A stretch of DNA of 64,000 bases. Source: the human T2T-CHM13v2.0 reference genome, Homo sapiens. The DNA lies in the NCBI RefSeq assembly GCF_009914755.1, contig NC_060941.1; one strand, given 5' to 3'. A model generated the notes under the pieces. It did no database searches, was not told the origin of the DNA, and worked only from the letters and a program-made list of their open reading frames with translations. The translations under genes and the position numbers were made by a program. This document shows, piece by piece, positions 54,289 to 64,000 of the stretch. Position 1 is the stretch's first letter. Each line of letters opens with the position of its first letter.

Positions 54289-56340
54289 ATACCATTCCCC
54301 ACCCCAACCCCTCCTTCCCTTATACTAACGGTTCCATGGCAGGGTCGGCGCCTGGGAGAGCTATGAGGCCTCAGGGACCCGCCCCTTCCTTTCCCTCCGT
54401 CATCCATCAGCCGTCGCACCCCAGGCCCTCGGTGACAGCTGGGGTAGAGCCCAGGGTTAGGGTGAGGGCTGGGAGCTCCGGGCTGTGCATGGAGGGAGAA
54501 GCCAGGAGCCCAGGGCCTTGCCCTGTGCTTCCATGGACTCAAGGACTCTCCACCCCTCCCTGAGCCTCAGCTTCCCCAGTTGCCAAGAGCAGGCACTGCA
54601 CTATGTCATCAGCAAAGATCCTTCCAATCCTACTTACTTGGGCATGACGCCTGGGAGAGGAGGCACAACCAAATATTTTCTAATATGCACATATTACCTT
54701 CATAACCCAAGAAAAATCAATTTTACAACAGGAGTCAATGCAGAAGGAGCATCCACAGCATTACCTCTGGTCCTCAAGTGGCGGCGTGAATGGCCTCACG
54801 CAACTCTGCCAACAGCCCGGCCCACCCACCAGAAGTTGGCCCTGCAGGTCAGCAGCCAAGTCTCCTGCAGTGGACGGGTGGTGGAATTGCCTGGTGTCGA
54901 CAGAGGTGCCACGGAAAAGCCACCAGCCCTTCCCATCGGCAACAAGTTCCATCCTCCCGGCCAGGCCCCGGGACTCTTGGCTCCCTGTAACCAGCAAGCC
55001 CTGTCCCGCCAAGCCCCCACTTTAAATACTTTGTACCTGACCCGCTGCGCACCCACCGCCAGGTCTGACAAGCACGCAGGACACGACAAGGGGCCAAGGC
55101 AAGCTGCCCCTGCTGCTGGCACCCAGCCACCCTACCCTCAGACGACACACTCATTTCTGTGCACCCTCAGCCGCACCAAATCCCATAACCTTCATGTTCG
55201 GGGCCACAGGGAGAGGGGCACCGTGCCTGCGCAGCCCCTCCATCCCAGGCATCCATTAACATTCCCCGTGTAAAGTTGGGGCTGTAATTACAGCAAGTGA
55301 TTAACAGGCCTGAGGTAGCCTGTCTGGGAGGGAGCAGATTAACAGCAGAGCTTGGGAATGCCTGCGCTCACCTCAGAACCACCAGTGCATCTTAAACAGG
55401 GCCCAGCGCCCCTACGAGCGGGTGATTAATGGAGGGGATGAGGACGGAGGACGTTTCCCTGGCATCCGTCACCAAACTTTTTCCTTTGGGCGCCTCCCTT
55501 GCTGGCCAGGCACAGTGGAGGGCAGGGGAGGGCAGCCAGGACTCGGGGCGAGCACCTGGGGCTTCCACCAGGGGCCTCGCTCTACCTTCCCCTGGGCCAA
55601 AGTGTACCCCCAAGCAGCAGCATCCTAGGGAGAAGGAGAGGGAGATGGAAGCAAAGCCCACAGGGCCGAATGCATCCCAGGAGCCAAGAACCTCGGCCTC
55701 CTTTGTCCAAATAGAAAATCTGAGGCTGCCCCCCAGAACCTCCTCCAGCCCCAGGCAACATTCAGGGCTGTGCTAACAGGGAAAGGCTCTGCCAGGACTG
55801 TCCTCATCCACGCAGGGGCACCAAGGTCAAGCAGAACAACTGCTTGGCTGGCAGAGGGCTCACGGGAGCCTCCACCTGGGCTGTGTCCTCCTGAGGGTCA
55901 GGGAAGAAACGGGAAGGGACTCTCCCTGGGCCAGGAGGTGTTTGCAGGGTTGTGATGTCCAGATATCCGCTTAGACGAAACTCTGTGTGTGTGCAGTGTC
56001 GTGGGGTGTCATGCAGTATGACATGTTACCTATGCATTTAGGTTTTAAACTACCCCCTTTTCAGTGCCTAATATGTGTCGGGGCTGGGGACACAAAGACA
56101 GTTTAGGGATGATCGTCCTGCCCATGAGGCTCTTGGTCTTGCAGAGGAGGAGTCGTGGAAATGGGATAATTGCTGGAGGGCTCTGTGAGCAAGAGCTGCA
56201 CAGCAAAAGCAAAGGGGATGCAGCAGTTCTGCCCGTGTGGGGTGAGGGCAGCAGCAGGAAGGGCTTAATAGAGGAGGTAACCCTGCAGTGAACCGTGATG
56301 TCAGGTGAGAATTTATCTGTCAGGCAACATGGGCCAGATG

Positions 56341-58215
56341 CATGTTACCATCTAGCACAGCCCCATGGCCAGGGGACACCCACCCGGATACATGTTACCA
56401 TCGGGTACAGCCCCATGACCAGGGGACGCACACCCGGATACATGTTACCATCGGGTACAGCCCCATGGCCAGGGGACACACACCCAGATACATGTTACCA
56501 TCGGGTACAGCCCCATGGCCAGGAGACACACATCCGGATACACGTTACCATCGGGTACAGCCCCATGGCCAGGGGACACACGTGCAGATACATATTACCA
56601 TCGGGTACAGCCCCATGGCCAGGGGACACCCACCCGGATACGTGTTACCATCGGATACAGCCCCATGGCCAGGGGACACCCACCCAGATACATGTTACCA
56701 TCGGGTACAGCCCCATAGCCAGGGGACGCACACCTGGATACATGTTACCATCGAGTACAGTCCTATAGCCAGGGGATATACACCCGGATACATATTACCA
56801 TCGAGTACAGCCCCATGGCCAGGGGACACCCACCCAGATACATGTTACCATTGGGTACAGCCCCATGGCCAGGGGACACCCACCCAGATACATGTTACCA
56901 TCGGATATAGCCCCATGGCCAGGGGACGCACACCCGGATACATGTTACCATCGAGTACAGTCCTATAGCCAGGGGATATACACCCGGATACATATTACCA
57001 TCGGGTACAGCCCCATGGCCAGGGAACACCCACCCGGATACGTGTTACCATCGGATACAGCCCCATGGCCAGGGGACACCCACCCGGATACATGTTACCA
57101 TCGGGTACAGCCCCATAGCCAGGGGACGCACACCTGGATACATGTTACCATCGAGTACAGTCCTATAGCCAGGGGATATACACCCGGATACATATTACCA
57201 TCGAGTACAGCCCCATGGCCAGGGGACACCCACCCAGATACATGTTACCATCGGGTACAGCCCCATGGCCAGGGGACACCCACCCAGATACATGTTACCA
57301 TCGGGTACAGCCCCATGGCCAGGGGACGCACACCCGGATACATGTTACCATCGGGTACGGCCCCATGGCCAGGGGACACCCACCCGGATACGTGTTACCA
57401 TCGGGTACGGCCCCATGGCCAAGGGACACCCACCCGGATACGTGTTACCATCGGGTACGGCCCCATGGCCAGGGGACACCCACCCGGATACGTGTTACCA
57501 TCGGGTACGGCCCCATGGCCAGGGGACGCACACCCGGATACGTGTTACCATCGGCTACGGCCCCATGGCCAGGGGACGCACACCCGGATACGTATTACCA
57601 TCGGCTACGGCCCCATGGCCAGGGGACGCACATGCAGATACATGTTACCATCGGGTACAGCCCCATGGCCAGGGGACACCCACCCAGATACATGTTACCA
57701 TCGGGTACAGCCCCATGGCCAGGGGACACCCACCCGGATACGTGTTACCATCGGGTACGGCCCCATGGCCAGGGGACACACATGCAGATACATGTTACCA
57801 TCGGGTACAGCCCCATAACCAGGGGACACACACCCAGATACATGTTACCATCAAGTACAGTCCTATAGCCAGGGGACATACACCTGGATACATGTTACCA
57901 TCAGGTACAGCCCCATGGCCAGGGGACACATACCTGGATACATGTTACCATCAGGTACAGCCCCATGGCCAGGGGACACACACCCGAATGCATGTCACCA
58001 TTGGGCACGGTCCCATGGCCAGGTGACACACACCCAGATACATGTTACCACCAGGCATGGCCCCACGGCCAGGTGGCCCACACCAGGATGCATGTCATCA
58101 TCAAACATGGCCCCGTGGCCAAGTGGTACACATCTGAATACATTCACCATTGGGCATGGCTGTGCCATGGCCAGGTGGCACATACCTGGAAGCATTCACC
58201 ATCAGGCACAGCTGC
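56341..58215. repeat. 50-bp VNTR: 33 in-register units (56341-57990) plus ~4 degenerate units
   Basis: Consensus CATGTTACCATCGGGTACAGCCCCATGGCCAGGGGACACCCACCCGGATA, exact 50-bp period. Confidence 0.98.
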
Positions 58216-58269
58216 CCTGACCATACCCCCATCCTCCTGTGGACCCCCATCCCCACAGTGGGGGCCTTT

Positions 58270-58485
58270 CTTGGTGAAATGGCACAGCAGGGTGGTGAAA
58301 GGGCCTCCTTGGAACCAGACTGCTTGAGTTTGAATCACAGCTCGGCCTCTTACCAGCCACGTGGCCTCGGGCAGGCTGCATGATCTCTCTGAGCTCCAGT
58401 GTCCTCCACTCCACAGTGGGAGCCGCACAAGCTTGCCTACCGGAAAGAACCGTCAGTGAGGCGGTACAGGCGCTGGGCACTTCAC
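58270..58485 (+). mobile_element. MIR
   Basis: GGAACCAGACTGCTTGAGTTTGAATC...TCTCTGAGCTCCAGTGTCCTC. Confidence 0.7.
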
Positions 58486-58629
58486 ACAGCCTCCTGGGGC
58501 CAGCACACAGAGCCATTTCTCCCGAGTGTGGTTCCTGGGTCTATGGGGGCCCGCGTGCCCTAGTGGGCCTCTGTGGTTGGCCTTCTGGGCCTGCCCCTGC
58601 ACATCTGGTAGCCAGCTCACCCCTGCTTC

Positions 58630-58800
58630 CCCTAGTCTAACTTGGAATTTGGCTAGGGCTGCCAATCAAGATGCCCTGCCCACCATGGGCATGTGACCAG
58701 ACCTGCCAATCCTTGAAGCACTGTGATTGGTCCAGGGGCAGGCACGTGACCTCAGCCAGGCCAATCGGTGTACTTTCCTGGTATTTACCCCTCTGGAGTT
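58630..58800. mobile_element. Old MaLR LTR fragment (MLT1K/L-like)
   Basis: TGATTGGTCCAGGGGCAGGCACGTGACCTCAGCCAGGCCAATC motif. Confidence 0.5.
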
Positions 58801-60667
58801 GCTGGGTGGGGACCATGTGTATCAGACTTGCCTATGACAGCCTCCTACCATCTCCACCCTGTGCTGGACAGAGGAAGCCACTGGAAGCAGCAGAAAACGC
58901 GGCCAACACTCCTGGGATTCTGCTCACCTCCCAGCGTCCACACAGCCAGGCACCCCCTCACCCCACCCTTCCCAACAGCATGCACCTCTGCAGTGGGCTA
59001 CATTCAGAACATGCACCTGGGTATCCGACACACGGGTACACACTCGGCGGTCACGCAGACATGCACTCCCTGGGCCCAGCACTGGTCCAAGCAGTGGGCC
59101 ACTATTGCCTCACTGAGTCCTCTCACACCTGCCAGGTAGGTTCTAGAACCACCACATTCACAGATGAGGTCACGGGTGCGTGGCCTCACACACCCAGGTG
59201 GCCTGAGTCACGCCTCGTTGTTGTGATCTTGACAAAGCACCGCTGTCTCCTGGATCTCGGCAACCACACAGCGATATCCTGCCCTTTTGTGGCCACTGCC
59301 CGACAGGCTCTGGGGCCACAGGCAAGTTTCCCTGGCTGCCACCACACCCCTAGTGTCCCTCAGCAACACCACAGCCACCCCTAGTAACCCTGGCCCTAAC
59401 CCACAGCATCTAGCACAAGCCTCTGGGTGGCATCTGCATCCCCCCAGGCCATGTGGATCCACTGGACCCTGGAGCATTTCTATTTGGTTAAGGCCACAGC
59501 TTGGGAAGGACAAAGATGGCCCAGTGCATGTGAACGTCCTCTGTGCACTGTGAAATGGAACCGTGCAGAAGCTGTGGTTGATGTGGAGCTGTTCTCTTGG
59601 GACTTGGTGGGACAGGATGGGGAGCTTTCCAGAAAGACCAGACAGGAGGCTGGGGCTCGGCGCTGCCCCATTCCTAATCCCCACTTCCCTAGAGCCGTCA
59701 CCTCTTTGCTGCCTGGGGTGAGGGAATTCTCCCGACTCTCCAACACACCTTCGGGTGTCCTGAGGCAGAAGTTGGCCTCTGCCTGGGTCCCTCAGCCTGG
59801 GTGCACCTGGTAACATCTGGCCCCACCCACACATCTACGGGAAGGTAGAACTTGGCAGAAGGGCAGAAGACCCTTTCCGGAGGAGCAACACTCAAGCCAA
59901 GTGCTGAGCTTCCATCTGGATCAGCAGAGCCCTGCTCTGGTGAAGCCCTGTGGCAAGCCTCCCACTGCTCCCCAGGCCAGGTCACCTCATAGCTGGGGCC
60001 CCTGGGGGTGTGCAGTGCCCAGCCTACAGCTGGGAGACAGCACATGGCCCAGGGCCCAGTGATCCAGCCACTCCCCCATCTGACCCCCACGCAGCTCCCG
60101 GCCATGTGTCAAGCCACTTGTACCCCAGGTCTCTCCCATCTCCTGTGTTACACTGATCCCCTTCCCTGAGACTTGCAGGAGCTCATCGACAGGGTTACAA
60201 GAGAACCGCAATCGGAGAAGAGCCACCAGCACATAGAAAAAACGAGAAATGCTGGCCGCTGGCAGCACAGTTCCTTCTCAGAGTCTCTGCTCTGCTCTTT
60301 CCTTGAGGATGTTTTCTCTTCCCTCCATCAGAAAACCTGTTTGCCTTTCAGTTTCAACCCAATGCCACCTCCCACATTGCCCCTAAGTACCCACCCTCCT
60401 CAAGGAGGTATCTGCCCCTTCTCTGGGTCCTTGCTGTGGCAACCACACACCATGTTAGTGTGGTGGGCAGGCATTCGAGGCTCCCGGCTGAGGTTGCACC
60501 GCTTCAGAGTCCGTCGCCACCCTTCACCCCTGCACCGAGCCCCACACGCTACTAGCACATCACAGGGACTAAACTGCTGCTGGGTGGATTGGCTACAGGC
60601 CTTCTCCAGCAAGGAACATAGTTTATCTTCTTCCTTCCAGAAACCTAGCTTTAATCGAGGCGCTCAC

Positions 60668-60830
60668 CTCCAGGACCGAAGTCAAGGTGTCCTCGACTCC
60701 AACAGCCTTGAGTCCAAGGCTCTGTGTGCCTACAGCCAAGAACATTTCACCAGGCCAACAGAGAGAGAGGAGAGAGTCAGAGAGAGAGAGCAGAGAGTCC
60801 GAGAGAGAGAGGCAGAGAGAGCACGCACAG
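60668..60830 (-). other. RBFOX3: Candidate alternative first 5'UTR exon (5' boundary uncertain)
   Basis: Strong minus-strand donor GGAG|GTGAGC (GT at 60666-60667), preceded by a CT-rich leader at 60760-60820. Recalled similarity to the 5' end of an RBFOX3 transcript. Confidence 0.65.
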
Positions 60831-61429
60831 CCTGGCCAGGAGCACCAGCTGCTGCTGTATCAGTCTGCATTCTCTGGGCATGACAAATGTTCAACACAAC
60901 AAACGAAGAAAAATGAACCATTTCCATTGCCTAAAATACTCCCATCCCCACGGGGCTTAAGATAAAAGTAAGAAGGGACAGACATTGAATTGAAGAGAAC
61001 GCAGGTGGCCATGAGTTCTATGAAATGCCCACGTGTGGCCACACTCCCCTCCCTGGGCACCCCTGCCTTTCTACCAGCATGCCCGGGCCTGCCCCCTGCC
61101 CTGGAGAACCAGGATACCCAGCTCCTGGGCAGAGAGACACAGGCTCTCACCCCATGTAGGATTAAATGAGGCTAACTCAAAAGAGCTGCTTCATAAATAT
61201 TCACGTCCAGCCCAGAGGGGCTCCAGGCCTTAGAAAGAGCCAGAGCTCTGTTCACGCCCCGAGGTCAGAGTTCATCCCCAGAGGAGGTCCTGGGACCCTC
61301 ATTCCTCTAATTACTCCTGAGAGCCTGGCCCAGATGGTAGAGACGGGATGGAAAGTCTCAGGTAACTCAGATGAGAAGCTAGGAGCAGCGAGATGGAGCC
61401 ACAGACTTGGGGCCTCCCCAGGTGTGCCC

Positions 61430-61872
61430 TCCGAAAGCACGCTGGAGCAACACACTGTGCATGGATGGATGGACGGACAGACGGATGGACGCGATGCGCT
61501 GGAACGATCCCTGCCCCAGGAAGAAAGGAAGCTCTGACACACGCTGCAATATGGATGGACCTCGAAAACGTGACGCCGAGACAAGCCAGACACAAAAGGT
61601 CGGATGTCGTACAATCCACAGTCCACCCCTCGGGGAGTCATACTCGTAGACACAGAAGGTAGAATGGGGGTTGCTGGGCTGGGGATGGGAATGGGGAGCC
61701 GGTGTTTCATAGGGGCCGAGCTTTGGTTGGGGAAGATGAGAACGTTCTGGAGGTGGATGGTCACGATTGCACGGCAATGTGAAGGTGCCGAATGCCACTG
61801 GCTGAACTGTGCCCTCAAAATGGTTCGTGTGGTAAGTGTTATGTCATGTGTATTTTATCACAATAAGAAAAA
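61430..61872 (+). mobile_element. L1MA/MB-like 3' end
   Basis: ATGGATGGACCTCGAAAAC...AAGCCAGACACAAAAGG...GTAGAATGGGGGTTGC...GTTCTGGAGGTGGATGG...TATTTTATCACAATAA. Confidence 0.8.
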
Positions 61873-61876
61873 GGAG

Positions 61877-62277
<401 letters not shown>

Positions 62278-62694
62278 CTACTGGCTGAGCTCTTGCTCAG
62301 TGCTTCAATTACTCAGCAGGGAGAGAGATTGTCAGGACAACTCAAAAACTCCAAGGTGCAGTGAAAACCCCACCCAGCCCACCACTGGCCTCTCACCCAC
62401 AGCTTCAAAGAGGGAAGGCCAGGGAAAAACCCCACGGTCATTAAATAGATTGTGTTGGGGGAAAGTTATCATTTCGGTAACATCGACGGAAACATCAGGA
62501 AATTTCCGCTTCTGAGACACATGATCTCCATCCTTCCTTCCCTCTGGCAACTTCAGGAGCCGCCTCGCCTGTTCCTGACTCAACACCAAAGCTCCCGGCA
62601 GATCCCTCACCTTCTTGAAAGCAGCTAGCCCGAGGTCTGACCCGGTATTGATCCTGAAGTGCAGACAGGAGGCAGCCGGAGAAACCGAACGAGA

Positions 62695-63075
62695 CTCCCA
62701 TAATTACATGGAGATAAGACTATCAGGTGTAATTAAACAGTATCCACAGGCAGACCACTTGGCTACATCCTCCGTCTCTCCCCTCCCTCCTCCTCCTTTT
62801 CCCCAGGACTGCAAAATAAATTATCCTGTGAAGTCAGCAGAGGCTGAGCTATGGAAACAATTAAACAGAAATTAAATCTAATTCATTTATACTCTGAGCA
62901 CAAGTGGATAATGTAGGTTTTTTTCTCTCTCTCTCCTCTTTTCGCCTTGGTGTTAGAGAGGACTATTATGGGAAATTAATCACGAGACATGGCAGTGAAA
63001 GTGATCTATCACTCTTTCAAGCGCACAGACCCACTATATACGATCTATGACAGCAGCTACAAATGTGCGAGTGAC
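62695..63075. promoter_or_regulatory. AT-rich, TAAT-dense unique segment; candidate enhancer
   Basis: TAATTA at ~62701 and ~62730, plus CAATTAAA, AATTAAATCTAATT and AATTAAT, in an otherwise GC-rich region with no repeat signature. Confidence 0.4.
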
Positions 63076-64000
63076 ACTGTTTGGGAGAAGCGGGCAGGCG
63101 GGGATGGGGGCGCCTCACGGAAGCCCCTGTGATGGCCTGGCCGGGGCCCCAAGTCCTCCGGGTCGGATGGTGCTGGAAAGTGCCTTGTACACGAGTTTCC
63201 CTGGGCTTGCTTAGGTGTCTCCAAAGCCTGGCTCATACCCACGTGGGGGAAACACTGTAATCCCTGAAGGCTGGGGGAGCTGGGGCCTGGACGGCTGTGG
63301 GGAAGCCTACTGGATTTTTCTCCCACCACTGGAAGGGCAGGCCTGGCGGAACAGCCCCTGGGAGGAGGACCTGCAAGAACAAGCCAGGCCTCAGGCTCCC
63401 CGTGCAAAACCGGGGTTGAGGCCCCCTTGCCGTGCCTTCCCTAACAGAAGCAACACGGTGCAGAGTAGGGGTCAAATGAGCAAACCCACAGGAAGGCATT
63501 GAGGAAGGAAAGCCGCAGAGTGGTGTCTAGCTCTGGGCCCACAGAGGCTCGCTCCAGCTTTCCTGCTTTCAAGAGAAACAATTTGGAAAATTGTTTTCCC
63601 GTCGTAGGGAGGGTGGAGATGGCATAAATAGAACATTTCCTCCAAATGAAGGGAGGGCCGAGGCGGCCACGGCCAGGAACGGCCAGAAGGAGAAAGCCAG
63701 CCATCGCGGGAGACGCGTCTTCAGGATGCTGTACCCGGGAAGCACCAAGAGAAGCCCGGGGCTGGCAGCTCCCCCTAAGGCCTGGGGACACCGGGCCCCC
63801 GAAACAGATGCTCCGGAGGTAAACCAAGGAGCTGGGGAAGCCCGAGCTTTGAACTCAGCATAAAAATCGGAAGAAACAAAGGCCAGTTTCTATTCTGCTT
63901 CTCTCTTGAAGGGCAGGCAGCCCTCTCGGCAGATGGGGCCATCCCTGGGAGCCTGCACACCCCACGCCCCCACCCCCAGGGCTCACACTCCCCACAGAGT

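Noticed and set aside
56341-58215. 50-bp periodic array as a CRISPR array or coding repeat
   Set aside because: No unique spacers, no cas genes, eukaryotic context; the 50-bp unit is not a multiple of 3 and variant units contain stops.
58700-58770. CCAAT boxes plus CACGTG as a promoter
   Set aside because: Appears to be part of an old MaLR LTR remnant; no independent evidence of a TSS.

Overview
Primate (most likely human) euchromatic, GC-rich, mostly intronic DNA; not prokaryotic, and no protein-coding exon can be supported. The main signal is a minus-strand 145-nt spliced exon at 25691-25835 with canonical splice sites, plus a minus-strand GAG|GTGAGC donor at 60668 below a (CT)-rich leader. 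From memory these resemble the non-coding 5'UTR exons of RBFOX3 (NeuN, human 17q25.3); this needs BLAT confirmation. The rest is Alu, MIR, L2, old L1M, MaLR/ERV LTRs, hAT DNA elements and an unusual density of kb-scale tandem repeats: a CCA-triplet mosaic, GATA/GGAT, CCCT/CCTG, CCAT and a 50-bp VNTR. All long ORFs in the track derive from these repeats. The best candidates for something undescribed are RNA-level features of the minus-strand pre-mRNA: (1) an ungapped 163-bp inverted repeat with G-U bias toward the transcribed strand and UGCAUG motifs in its loop; (2) a possible hybrid first/internal exon carrying a junction-spanning 34-aa uORF; (3) a UG-rich repeat packed with 5' splice sites and UGCAUG motifs, next to a candidate cryptic exon. 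Repeat subfamily names and boundaries were judged by eye and are approximate.
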